A stretch of 43,604 nucleotides of DNA from Candidatus Moanibacter sp. (GCA_965215885.1 CBDCEW010000045.1:1-43604), one strand, 5' to 3'. Positions 1 to 10,328 are shown, counted from the stretch's first letter. The notes: generated from the letters alone by a model not told the origin. A program made the numbers and translations.

Positions 1-785
1 GCGCTGCGCCGTGCCAAGGAAGCACAGAGGACCACGGAGAGATGAACAGAAGAAAACCCTTCGACGGGGCTCAGGGCAGGAGAGAAAAACGGAGAAGAGA
101 GACCTAACCGTCAGCGAAACATCCTTTGAAGGAAGATCGATCCAGATGAGCAGAACCGCGGATCACGCGGATTTCACTGATGGGGAGCTAAGAAAATCTC
201 ATTGGAATATCCCGCTGAGCGGGACCGTACGGCAGACTCTACGAGATTGACATTTGAATAAGGAACGTAGGAAAGCAGGGAATTGCCCATTGCATAGGCC
301 GAGGTAGGAGTCGAACCAGTTGAGCGGGACCTCTCTGCTGTAAGGCAGAGCCTGAAACGCGAAGAAGAGCTCTCCCAAGAGCGCGAATGCATTTTAATCC
401 GCGAATAGCGCTTTTGGGAAAGCTCTTCTTTGCGTTTCTCAACTCGCGTAAGCGAGTTGGTCCCGCTCAGCTGGATCGACTCCCTATTCTCCATTCTGCG
501 ACTGCCAGATCCAAGTCTTCTCTCTATCCGTGCCATCCGTGAAATCCGCGGTCACGCTGATCCCGAACGACCTCACGTCGAAAGGTGTTTTTTGGTCTCT
601 GCAAGCCGGAATTACACGTTGAATCAATCCGCGGTTTTCTCGAATCCGTGGTCCCTTCCTCTTTATTCGCGTCCATTCGCGTTCATTCGCGGTTCTCTTA
701 CTCTTCCCGCTCAGCGGGATTGCGGCTTGGCTGCGCTAGGTTCCTCTGTGGTTCTCGGTGTAGCTCTGTGACCCTGAATAAGTCC
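1..785. repeat. Mosaic of nested palindromic/REP-like repeats
   Basis: Inverted pair accgcggatcacgcggatttcac (~156) / atccgtgccatccgtgaaatccgcggt (~526); tcccgct(g/c)agc(g/t)gga palindromes at 210, 461, 705; ~200-bp palindromic element 294-490; ends match 18934-18972 and 19368-19410. No convincing CDS. Confidence 0.8.
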
Positions 786-886
786 AAAATAGACTACCTG
801 TTCCTGGTAAACATACACAGAATAGCTTCGCATATTGAAAAAAAATGGGTTGAGCGCTAAGCAACCCACACTCGGATTTCTTGACA

Positions 887-2780
887 CAGGGTAAAAGGAT
901 TCCAGGAAGCAACTAGCTGATAAGCAAGAAGATAAAAAAAGAGCTAAACAAACCCGAGGGAATCAGTCATGTTAAGATGGGATGAAAGACAAAAAATCTT
1001 ACCAACTGAATCCTTCGATAGATCGTTTAACTCTGCGTCTGGTCCTGCCCGAAGAGCAGGAGCGATTCAATGATCTATTGAAACAACATCATTATTTACA
1101 CAGTGCGGGCAGCGCAGGAGAGACCCTGCGCTATGTGGCGCAGATCGACGGGCAATGGATGGGCCTGCTCTTGTGGGGGGCCGCATCCTACCGGCTGAAG
1201 GATCGAGACGAATGGATCGGGTGGGACGGGGCGCAACGGCATGCACGATTGAAACTGGTAGTACAGAACCGGCGTTTTCTGATTTTGCCCGGGGTGGATC
1301 TTGCAAATTTGGCCTCCAAGACGTTGGGTATGTGCCTGAGAGTCTTAGCCGATCACTGGCAGGAGGCTTTTGGCTATCGTCCCTTAGTAGCGGAAACGTT
1401 CGTGGACCCACAGATTCACCGGGGCACTTGCTACGAAGCGAGCGGGTGGACGCCCTTGGGCTTGAGCGCGGGATATGGCCGCCAACGCGAAGATTTCTAT
1501 CAACGCCATGAGCGTCCCAAGCAGATCTGGGTCAAACCCCTCAAGGCTAATGCCCTTGAGCTTTTGCGCGCTTCAGGGCCATTGCCCGCGGCACAGAGCC
1601 AGGCGCTCAATGAAACCGATAACTCCCATGCGGTCTGCCTCAAAGTGGAACAGATGAGCAGCCTGTGGGAACGCTTCAATCAGATAGAAGACTTCCGTCG
1701 TAAAGCGGGCCTTAGATATCGGCTCGCCACGGTCCTGAGCATGATTGTGCTCGGCACGATGTGCGGCAAACAGACCCTCAAGGGCATCGTGCGCCTGGCC
1801 CATCATCTCAATCAAGCCCAATTGCGCGCCTTACGCTCCTGGAAAAACCCCAAAACAGGCCGCTATAAGGCCCCTTGCTATGATGTCTTCTATCGGGTCT
1901 TGCAAAACGTAAAGGCCGAGCTCTTCGATAAAACCCTCACCGAATTCATCTGCTTACAAGACGGCTGTTTGCCCCGCGATATTGCCGTCGACGGCAAGAC
2001 CCTCAAAGGCACAAACACCGAAGAATCAAAGGCTCTGCACCTGGTGGCCGCAGTCGATCACCAAAGCGCTCAAACCTTAGCCCAAGTCGCTACCGCCGAT
2101 AAATCCAACGAGATCACCGCCGCCCAGACTCTCTTGCGAAAGATGCCCATTTTGGACGGCTCCACCTTCACCTTCGACGCCATGCATAATCAAAAAGAAA
2201 CTGCCCACATCGTCGTCGAAGAACTCAGTGCTGACTATGTTATTCAAATTAAAGACAATCAGCCCAACATGCATCAATACGCTCAGAATCTCTTCAGCTC
2301 CACCCCCTTTTTCTCCACCAAACCGTGGACAATGACCATGGGCGACTCGAAATACGTCAAATAGCAACCCATTCTCTAAGCGCTCCCTCTGCCGGCCTGC
2401 CCCATGCCCGCCAGTTCGCCTGTGTGCAACGCACCTTCCATTATCCAAACAAAGCTGAACCTTCCTCTGAACGCTCTTACTACGTAAGCAGTCTCGATCC
2501 CGCCGATTTGAGCCCTCAACAGTTCCTCTCGAAAATTCGCAACCATTGCTCGATCGAAAATAAAAATCATTACCCCAGGGATCGCTTCTTCGATGAAGAT
2601 CGATGTATGATCCGTAATCATAACGCAGCCAGAATTCTTGCTGCATGCAGGCAACTGGTTCTCAGCCTCAAGTCTTCCATGGGCGCTGAATCCACTCCCG
2701 CACTCTGTGATGATTTCGTCTTTAACTTACATAAGGCCATCAATATCATCACCTAATGCTCCGAGAATCAAAATACCGTG
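887..2780 (+). mobile_element. ISAs1-family insertion sequence (1894 bp)
   Basis: Imperfect terminal IRs (cagggtaaaaggattccaggaagca vs reverse complement cacggtattttgattctcggagca); exact 10-bp direct repeat tttcttgaca at 877-886 and 2781-2790; transposase inside. Confidence 0.92.
982..2756 (+). CDS. DUF4338/DruA-like domain + ISAs1 DDE transposase, split by a -1 frameshift near 2303-2312
   Basis: N-terminal HHYL..ETLRYVA..RDEWIGW..NLAS..ETFVDP..GTCY motifs; ISAs1 motifs DFRR..RY.L, IAVDGKTLKG, KSNEITA, DAMHNQ, IKDNQ in ORF 982-2364; HGRLEIR, RNHCSIENKNHYPRD..EDR in the -1 frame ORF 2325-2756. Confidence 0.88.
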
Positions 2781-2784
2781 TTTC

Positions 2785-2813
2785 TTGACACTGCTATCCA
2801 CTACTTGAATGAT
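2785..2813 (+). promoter_or_regulatory. Putative sigma70 promoter for the small ORF/trxA
   Basis: TTGACA (2785-2790), 17-bp spacer, AATGAT (2808-2813). Confidence 0.4.
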
Positions 2814-2881
2814 CGCCGCAACAAATTCGTCTCTAATTCGGGGGAGAAGACGTCGAAGTCACACTCTCAAACTCAGGTAAA

Positions 2882-3124
2882 ATGAAGCCTAACTCGCCTC
2901 GGGTAGTATCTAAACCACGCTTTAAGGTGGGTCGAAAGTCGACTGGTCCGAGTAGAACAGGCCCTTTCGGAGATCTGCTTCAAAATAGATCACCCCGATC
3001 CGGCAAGGAACAGGCCGATGGATCGCCGGGAAAAAGAAAGTTGATGTGGGCAGGGTTTTCGATTGATTGTCTGGCCGCCATCGTTTCACTTCTCTTCACA
3101 GTTTTGAATTTTCGTATACTCTGA
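2882..3124 (+). CDS. Small hypothetical protein with C-terminal hydrophobic helix
   Basis: 80-aa ATG ORF ending 3 nt before trxA; basic N-terminus, hydrophobic tail. Confidence 0.45.
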   Translation: MKPNSPRVVSKPRFKVGRKSTGPSRTGPFGDLLQNRSPRSGKEQADGSPGKRKLMWAGFSIDCLAAIVSLLFTVLNFRIL

Positions 3125-3127
3125 GCA

Positions 3128-3454
3128 ATGTCTGATAATATTCTCGAACTCAATACCTCGAATTTTGACTCCACAATCGCGGAAGCCTCAAAGCCAGTTC
3201 TTGTCGACTTCTGGGCCGAATGGTGCGGTCCCTGCAAACAGATGGCACCGATCCTCGAGGAACTGGCCGATGAGTTGACTGATCAGATTCAGGTCGGAAA
3301 GTTGGATATCGATAAGAACATCGATATCGCGAATAAATTCGGAATTCGATCGATCCCAACATTAGTTCTCTTCAAGGATGGTGACTCCGTAGAACAGATC
3401 GTCGGCCTCAGGCAAAAGGAGAATCTCAAGGAATTGCTCAATCCGCATCTGTAG
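3128..3454 (+). CDS. trxA: Thioredoxin
   Basis: VLVDFWAEWCGPCK, IRSIPTL; 108 aa. Confidence 0.97.
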   Translation: MSDNILELNTSNFDSTIAEASKPVLVDFWAEWCGPCKQMAPILEELADELTDQIQVGKLDIDKNIDIANKFGIRSIPTLVLFKDGDSVEQIVGLRQKENLKELLNPHL

Positions 3455-3494
3455 GGGGTTGTAGTCTCGGGCTGACTCGTTCTCATTCTCGTTG

Positions 3495-4432
3495 TCGACG
3501 GGAGAGCACGATTGAGAGTCACGATGGGAGAGTGGGATGTTCAATCTTCCAGTCGTGAATCATAAGCGTGATCTAAATTCGAAAGAAGAAAAGATCGACG
3601 GGAGATTACGATTGTGAGTCACGATGGGAGAAGGGAACCGGAGAGAAACGGAGGCGCGGGGACGGGGAGACGCGGAGAGTGGAAACCCGTTAAATCTTCC
3701 TATTGTGAAACATAATCGTGATCCAAATTCGAAAGAAGAGAAGATCGACGAGAGATTACGATTGAGAGGCACGATGGGAGAGAGGGATGTTCGATCTTCC
3801 TGTCGTGGATCATAATCGTGATCTAAATTCGGAAAAAGGGAAGATCGACGAGAGATCACGGTTAGGAGTCATGATGAAAGAGGGGATATTGTTCGATCTT
3901 CCCGTCGTGAATCATAATCGTGATCTAAATTCGACAAGGTTCGGGTCCCGCTGAGCGGGATCGCGACAAGGTTTCCCATTCGGGTGGACCGGCCAAAAGG
4001 TAAAAGGAAACTCAGAGGAGGAGCTCGAAACAGCTCTGTTCAATCATCGTCGCAGATCTTGACGATCGATGAAGTACGACCATCGACTAAGGCTATGATT
4101 ATGACCTTCGATCACATACTGAGCCCATTCCTAATCGAGATTCGTCTCTGCCGTACGGCAGAGTAGTCGAAAATCGAAAAGAGAAGATCGATGCGAGAGT
4201 TGGATACTGATTCGATCTTCCCGTCGTGAATCATAATCCATTCGGCAGGCTCATGGCAGGCTGTGATCTAAATTCGACAAGGTTCGGGACGAGGTTCGCG
4301 ACCCGTCGTCGCTGTGCTTTGCCGAGGCAGGCAAGGTTTCCCTTTCGGGTGGTCCGGCCAAAAGGTAAAAGGAAACTCAGAAGAGGAGCTCGAAACAGCT
4401 CTGTTCAATCATCGTCGCAATCCCGCTGAGCG
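3495..4432. repeat. BIME-like array of ~100-bp units with alternating inverted arms, plus an 88-bp direct duplication
   Basis: Arm A gatcgacgggagattacgattgagagtcacgatgggagag and inverted arm B tcttcccgtcgtgaatcataatcgtgatct recur at ~3495, 3594, 3743, 3843; 3967-4054 is duplicated at 4332-4419 with 3 mismatches. Confidence 0.85.
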
Positions 4433-6041
4433 CATTTGCGTTAACCTAAGGAGAAGAAACAAGAGAGGAAATCAAGTCGAGAACGCTTTTCATAGGTGCA
4501 GTGTTTGGGGATTTGTTTGAGCCATCGGGGGATGATCTGATCTTTGGGAATGTGAGAGAGGATGAAGAAGTAGGGAGCAAAGAAGCCAAACCAGTAGGAG
4601 AATTTAAGGATACTCAGAGGAGAGGACAAACTGGTATTCGAATAGTGTCTAAGGGGACCATAGACGAAGTTGAGTAAGTGGGTAATGAGGATGAGACGGG
4701 CGTAGATAAGAAGCTCAACCTGGTAGGGAGTAGTCTCTTTGACCTGACCGAGATTAAGATGTTGCTTAAAGGCCTTAAAGAAAATTTCGATGCGCCAGCG
4801 AAGCCCGTAAAAGCTCAGAATCTGCTTAGGGCTAAAGTCTTTCTGATGGAGGTTTGTAATAAAGATTTGGAAACCGAGAAGGAAGCTGGTGCGGCTGGTA
4901 TATCGAAGTCTATTGTCGCGGTTTTGTCTATGCTCGCGGCGGCGTTTATGGGCCACCTTCTGAGGGAGTTTGACGGCGATCAGACGAACCGGAAGCTTGG
5001 CTTTTTTACCCACCCGAACGGGCATATCGAGAAGCTTTTGGCCACGTAAAAGTTTGCGTAGATCGAGCTCTTCATCGCCTTCGTTGGCTAAAAGGCAAGT
5101 GCCGGTTTTCAAACGACTCACAAAGAAGCAGCCGCGCTGATCGAGTTGCTTAAAGACATCGAGGACAAAATAGCCTAAGTCGCGCAGGATCAAGTCGTTG
5201 GGTTGAGCGAGAGCGAGAATGTCTTTGGAAGCAGCCTGATCGTTTTTTCGGAAGCTACTGAGGCTGAAGTCAACGAAGGATTCATTGCGCAGATCGTAAT
5301 AGGCCTGAATCTTCAGTTGAGCCTGTTTGGAGCCTGTCTGATTGGACGCTCCGGGGAAGAAGGGGGCCAGGACCTTAGGCAAGCCAATCGAAGTGCTGTC
5401 GGCAATGAGAACCCGTTCAAAGCTCCTCATGCAATTTGGAACAGCTCTGCCCACAGGCCCATAAGCTTTAAGTTCTAAAAGCTTGCTCAGGAGCACTAAG
5501 GTCATAAAAGCGGTGGCTTTTTTGGCGCACTTTTGGACCGCTTGTCTGGAAATGGTGCGGTTGGCTAAGAATCCAATAAGCTCGGCTTCTTTGCCAAGGG
5601 ACAAGGCCCCCTTAGAAGCCATCGCCAGCAAAGCCAAAACAAAGTTCAGAGGGGAGATCTTGCGCGATTTCCTCTCTCTAAAACCACTCTGTTTAGCGAG
5701 GGCTGTGAGGTTCAACTTACGGAAGGTTTGACGGATACAATCAGCTTTTTTTATACTTTGCATCCGAAGGATAAATCCTATATATGAACGAATGTACAGT
5801 ATAAAATGCTGCCAAAGTGAAAAAAAATGGGGTAGACGGTAAAAGTAGAGAAGATAACCCGGCCAAAATGCACTCGCTCAACTGCGAATTTCCTCACCGC
5901 TGTGGTCGAAACGAAGCAAATAGAAAAGGGCGAACAAATGGAGTGGAACCTCGAGGATAGAGACACCCTCATACTCCGCCGCAAAATACCTCGCAAGTCT
6001 TTGAATCTGACTAAGTTGCGAAAATAAGGTTTACGCGTATG
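4433..6041 (-). mobile_element. IS4-family insertion sequence (1609 bp)
   Basis: Terminal IRs catttgcgttaacct / aggtttacgcgtatg; 9-bp direct repeat cgctgagcg at 4424-4432 and 6042-6050. Confidence 0.92.
4441..5763 (-). CDS. IS4-family DDE transposase
   Basis: IADSTS, LRDLGYF, FVSRLK, FITNL and YGLRWRIEIFFKAFKQ (YREK signature); 440 aa intact. Confidence 0.95.
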   Translation of the reverse strand: MQSIKKADCIRQTFRKLNLTALAKQSGFRERKSRKISPLNFVLALLAMASKGALSLGKEAELIGFLANRTISRQAVQKCAKKATAFMTLVLLSKLLELKAYGPVGRAVPNCMRSFERVLIADSTSIGLPKVLAPFFPGASNQTGSKQAQLKIQAYYDLRNESFVDFSLSSFRKNDQAASKDILALAQPNDLILRDLGYFVLDVFKQLDQRGCFFVSRLKTGTCLLANEGDEELDLRKLLRGQKLLDMPVRVGKKAKLPVRLIAVKLPQKVAHKRRREHRQNRDNRLRYTSRTSFLLGFQIFITNLHQKDFSPKQILSFYGLRWRIEIFFKAFKQHLNLGQVKETTPYQVELLIYARLILITHLLNFVYGPLRHYSNTSLSSPLSILKFSYWFGFFAPYFFILSHIPKDQIIPRWLKQIPKHCTYEKRSRLDFLSCFFSLG

Positions 6042-6267
6042 CGCTGAGCGGGACCCGAACCTTTTTGATATTGCGCCGCCAATTCGTAGAAACGCTCCCG
6101 CGTTCCTCTACATAGTGTATGCTCATCTTAGCCGGTTTCGTCAGGAATTGGACACCGTAGCCGGCTTCGCAAGAAGGCGGGGACGAGGCTCGAAACGCCT
6201 AATCTATAAATCACAGCTAATTTTGGGGGTCGACCGCAAGACAGGACGCTTGCGCGTCCGGCTACCT

Positions 6268-6458
6268 CGTGATCGAAAATCGACAAGAGGGAAGATCGAC
6301 GGGAGATCACGATTGAGACTCACGATGGGGGAGTTGGATATCGATTCAAACTTCCCGTCGTCGTCATAATCGTAGTCGAAAGTCGAAAAGAGGAAAGATC
6401 GACGGGTGATCACGGCCTGCCATGAGCCCGTCGAATGGATTGAGACTCACGATGGGAT
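6268..6458. repeat. Two more units of the ~100-bp repeat family
   Basis: gatcgacgggagatcacgattgagactcacgatggg at ~6294 and ~6397, the latter carrying a 24-nt insert. Confidence 0.8.
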
Positions 6459-6550
6459 AGGGAATCGGTTTGAAACGGCAACCATCGCTAGAACATTGCA
6501 ATTCCCCTTTTCAATGCCTTAGAATTTTCGAGACTTCCTTACACATTACC

Positions 6551-7723
6551 ATGCCTGAAGCCACTATCACTCAGTTGGAACTCGTAAGTTTCGAACACGA
6601 AATCCGGGATATGGGAACGGATTACAATGGTTTTAATCAAGTTTACGAGAAGGGAAATGTCCTCAAGACACGTCCGACTGTCTTCAAGACTCACACTTCT
6701 TTGGGAATTACCGGTATCTATCCGGTGGGCCTCTCTTTCAACCAGGCCCGCTACCATTTGAATCTGGTTGGTGCCTATCTGATCGGTAAAGATCCGTTTC
6801 AGCGCGAGAAAATCTACAACGACCTGAAGAGAGCACTGCGCCACACCGACAGAACCGCACTATGTATGGTTGATGTGGCCCTTTGGGACTTTGCCGGCAA
6901 GGTCTACAATGCCCCAATCTGTCAACTTCTCGGCGGATACCGGAAAACTATCCCGGCATATGCCAGTACCTACCACGGAGACAGAAACGGAGGCCTCGAT
7001 TCGCCAGAGGCCTACGCCGACTTTGCCCATAAATGCTACGACCTTGGATACAGGGCGTTCAAGATTCATGGCTGGGGGAACACCACCGCAGAGGATGAAG
7101 TGGCCACTGTCCATGCGGTTGGCAATCGTGTCGGCGACCGTATGGACCTTATGATCGATCCCGCATGCGAATTGAACACCTGGGCCGATGCCTTGAAGGT
7201 CGGACGCGCTTGTGATGAGCAGACATTCTTCTGGCTGGAAGACGCCTACAAAGATGGCGGTGTCTCGATATTCGGGCACAAAAAGCTCAGAGGCTTGATC
7301 AAGACCCCACTATTGCAGACTGAGCATATCTTTGGATTGGAGCAGCACGTGGATTTCATTGTGGGTGAAGGCACGGATTTTGTTAGGACGGGCGTCTACG
7401 AAGATGGCGGTATAACGGGCGCTATGAAAGTTGCCCACGCCGCGGAAGGATTTGGTTTGGACGTCGAATTTCATGGTGGGGGTCTCGCCCACCGCCACTG
7501 TATTGCGGCTATCCGAAACTCGAATTATTACGAATTGGGTCTTCTGGGACCGAAAAATGTAAAAATCAAACCGCCCATTTATCCCCCGCGGTATCTTGAT
7601 GAGCTCGAGAGTATCGACGAGAACGGGCACGTCTGCGTACCCCAGGGTCCCGGTCTGGGAGTTGAGATTGACTGGGATTACATCGAGAGTCACAATGCGG
7701 AAGTCGTTCACTTTGAGAGTTAA
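6551..7723 (+). CDS. Mandelate racemase/muconate lactonizing enzyme family (enolase superfamily) protein
   Basis: DVALWDFAGK..PICQLLGG, AYAST, FKIH, LMIDP, WLED, TEH, PQGPGLGVEID; ATG 6551 preferred over TTG 6470. Confidence 0.9.
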   Translation: MPEATITQLELVSFEHEIRDMGTDYNGFNQVYEKGNVLKTRPTVFKTHTSLGITGIYPVGLSFNQARYHLNLVGAYLIGKDPFQREKIYNDLKRALRHTDRTALCMVDVALWDFAGKVYNAPICQLLGGYRKTIPAYASTYHGDRNGGLDSPEAYADFAHKCYDLGYRAFKIHGWGNTTAEDEVATVHAVGNRVGDRMDLMIDPACELNTWADALKVGRACDEQTFFWLEDAYKDGGVSIFGHKKLRGLIKTPLLQTEHIFGLEQHVDFIVGEGTDFVRTGVYEDGGITGAMKVAHAAEGFGLDVEFHGGGLAHRHCIAAIRNSNYYELGLLGPKNVKIKPPIYPPRYLDELESIDENGHVCVPQGPGLGVEIDWDYIESHNAEVVHFES

Positions 7724-7762
7724 CCCCATCATTTCAAACGGCTTATTAAGAGCGGGTCATAA

Positions 7763-9202
7763 ATGAAACTGCTCGAAGATCTTCGAAGGATCTACCCTCC
7801 CAAGCGCATTCTCGAACGATCCGCCGAAATCGCTCCCTACGAATCTGACGGACTTACCGCTTTTCGGGCACGTCCCCTTGTCGTAGTCCTTCCCGAGACA
7901 CAGGAAGAAATTGTCGAAACTGTCCGCGTCTGTTTCAGAGAAGCCGTACCCTTCGTGGCGCGGGGAAGCGGAACAAGCCTTTCCGGGGGTTCCATGCCAA
8001 TAAAGGACGGAATTGTTATCGGTTTAAACCGAATGAACCGCATCCTGAGATTGGACCCCGAAGAAAAGATCGCGGTGGTCGAATCCGGTGTCATCAATCT
8101 AAGTGTCTCCGGTGCTGCCGCGCCCTTTGGCCTCTACTATGCGCCCGACCCCAGCAGCCAGCAGATCTGTACGATTGGAGGGAATGTCGCTTTCAACGCC
8201 GGCGGAGCGCACTGCTTGAAATACGGAATGACCTCAAATCATGTCTTGAAGATAAAGGCAGTCCTCCCGGATGGCGAAATTGCCGAATTCGGTGGGGAGA
8301 GTCTTGAATCCACTGGTCCCGACCTTGTGGGTCTATTCTGCGGGAACGAAGGCCTTTTCGGAATTGCCCTGGAAATCACTCTCCGGCTTCTTCCCAAACA
8401 GGAACACTTTCGTACCGTCCTGGCGGCTTATGATAGTCTTGAAAAGGCCGGCAACGCGGTAAGCAGCGTTGTCTCTTCCGGTCTTCTTCCCGGGGCGCTG
8501 GAAATCATGGACAGCCTTTCCATAGAGGCGGCCGAGGCTGCCGTAAACGCCGGTTATCCTAAAGAAGCTGCCGCTATCCTCCTGGTCGAGCTGGACGGAG
8601 AAAGAGAAGCCGTCGAATCGGATTTCACACGGCTGGAGGCATTAATGCGGAAGACAGGCGCCTATGAAATTCGCGTGGCAAAAAGTGCAGAAGAGCGCTT
8701 CATGTTCTGGAAGGGTAGAAAAAGTGCATTTTCCGCTGTCGGGCGGCTTAGTCGTGAATTCATTGTCCAGGACGGGGTTGTGCCACGCACACGCCTGGGT
8801 GAGGCGCTCAGCGAAATCCAACGCCTCAGTGAGAAATATCGCTTGAGAGTCGCCAATGTGTTCCATGCCGGGGACGGCAACCTTCATCCATTGATTCTGT
8901 TTGATGGGAATGAGGAAGGAGCTCTGGAAAGGGCGGAGGAGCTTGCCGGCGAGACTTCGCGCCTTTGCATTCGATTGGGTGGATCGATCACAGGTGAACA
9001 TGGTGTCGGTATGGAAAAACGCGAATACCTGGCGGAGATGTTCTCTGAGAAAGATATCGAAACGATGAAGCGTATTCGACAGTCCATCGATCCAAAAGAG
9101 ATCTCTAACCGCGGTAAAATGATACCCGGTGGAGAAGCCCCCGCTTTGAAGAGCCATGGCCCCCACCCCCTGGAAAGGGCCGGAGTGATTTCGCGCGAAT
9201 AG
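7763..9202 (+). CDS. glcD: Glycolate oxidase FAD-linked subunit
   Basis: [49 protein letters not shown]. Confidence 0.9.
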   Translation: MKLLEDLRRIYPPKRILERSAEIAPYESDGLTAFRARPLVVVLPETQEEIVETVRVCFREAVPFVARGSGTSLSGGSMPIKDGIVIGLNRMNRILRLDPEEKIAVVESGVINLSVSGAAAPFGLYYAPDPSSQQICTIGGNVAFNAGGAHCLKYGMTSNHVLKIKAVLPDGEIAEFGGESLESTGPDLVGLFCGNEGLFGIALEITLRLLPKQEHFRTVLAAYDSLEKAGNAVSSVVSSGLLPGALEIMDSLSIEAAEAAVNAGYPKEAAAILLVELDGEREAVESDFTRLEALMRKTGAYEIRVAKSAEERFMFWKGRKSAFSAVGRLSREFIVQDGVVPRTRLGEALSEIQRLSEKYRLRVANVFHAGDGNLHPLILFDGNEEGALERAEELAGETSRLCIRLGGSITGEHGVGMEKREYLAEMFSEKDIETMKRIRQSIDPKEISNRGKMIPGGEAPALKSHGPHPLERAGVISRE

Positions 9203-9224
9203 TTAGTCCCAATACCTTTTCCAA

Positions 9225-10328
9225 ATGTCCAGCTGTAAGGCCGCTCTCGCTCCTCAAACACTTAAGGAACTGTGCGGTATCGTCCGCGGCAATGCGTTGC
9301 TCTTGCCGAGGGGCGGTGTCACCAAACCAACGCTCTCAAAAGGTGACGGCGAATTCACCGCCATCGATATGGCGCAATTCTCAGGCATACAAGAGTACGT
9401 ACCTGAAGAATTCACGATTACGGTGAAGGCTGGAACCCCAATTCGCGAAGTGGCGCAAGAACTTGCCGGTCACGGGCAATTTCTCCCTTTCGATCCACCA
9501 TTCTCGGAAGACGGTGCGACTATTGGAGGCACCGTAGGGGCAGGTCTTTCCGGTCCGGGTCGACAGCGCTACGGTGGCCTTCGCGACTTCATTCTTGAAG
9601 TCCATATAATCGACGGATTTGGAGAGTTCGTGCGCGGGGGAGGAAAAGTGGTTAAAAACTCGGCCGGCTTCGATCTTCCAAAACTAATGGTAGGCAGCAT
9701 GGGACGCCTGGGTATCCTGACGGAAGTGACCTTCAAGGTTTTTCCCAAACCCGAAACCTACGCCACACTGAAAGTATCGTACGGTTCATTCTCTGAAGCC
9801 CACTGCGCCTTGCTCAAATTGAGCACACAACCATTCGACCTCGCTGCCTTGGACCTCGATTGCGATGGCACCCTCTACATTCGCATAGGTGGGATGGAGG
9901 ATTCCCTTTCCAATCGGCTTTCAAGATTGGAGAAATTCCTCCATTGCGAGGGTGAAAAGCTACGCCATACAGGCGACGCCGATTACTGGAGAGATGTCAG
10001 CCATTATCGCTGGGCGAAGGGGGCCAGCCACTTCATTAAATTGCCTCTCACTGTAAAGCGGATTCCGGAACTCGAATTATTCCTCCATCAAACTCGAGCA
10101 CAACGTCGCTACAGCGCAGGCGGAAACGTTGCCTGGATTGCCTGGAATAACACCGACTCCCTCCATCAACTCGTTACGAAGCTGAAAGAATTACGCCTCT
10201 CCGGATTAGTGCTACAAGGTCCCGTCAACTATCCCATTATCGGTTGTCTTCCCGGGGGAGTGTTTCTCCAGCGGGTAAAGGATGCTCTTGATCCCAATCG
10301 AAAATTTCTTCCCTTCCATGCAGCATAG
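9225..10328 (+). CDS. glcE: Glycolate oxidase FAD-binding subunit
   Basis: LPFDPP, TIGGTV..LSGP.R, GGKVVKNSAGFDLPKLMVGSMGRLG; lies between glcD and glcF. Confidence 0.9.
   Translation: MSSCKAALAPQTLKELCGIVRGNALLLPRGGVTKPTLSKGDGEFTAIDMAQFSGIQEYVPEEFTITVKAGTPIREVAQELAGHGQFLPFDPPFSEDGATIGGTVGAGLSGPGRQRYGGLRDFILEVHIIDGFGEFVRGGGKVVKNSAGFDLPKLMVGSMGRLGILTEVTFKVFPKPETYATLKVSYGSFSEAHCALLKLSTQPFDLAALDLDCDGTLYIRIGGMEDSLSNRLSRLEKFLHCEGEKLRHTGDADYWRDVSHYRWAKGASHFIKLPLTVKRIPELELFLHQTRAQRRYSAGGNVAWIAWNNTDSLHQLVTKLKELRLSGLVLQGPVNYPIIGCLPGGVFLQRVKDALDPNRKFLPFHAA

Noticed and set aside
11..860. Short ORFs in repeat DNA (also 3560-4520, 6115-6413, 20219-20425)
   Set aside because: They are translations of repeat units, not supported as independent genes.
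3495..3960. CRISPR array (also considered for 20055-20421)
   Set aside because: Units are ~100 bp and degenerate, the intervening sequences are themselves repeated, and no cas genes are present.
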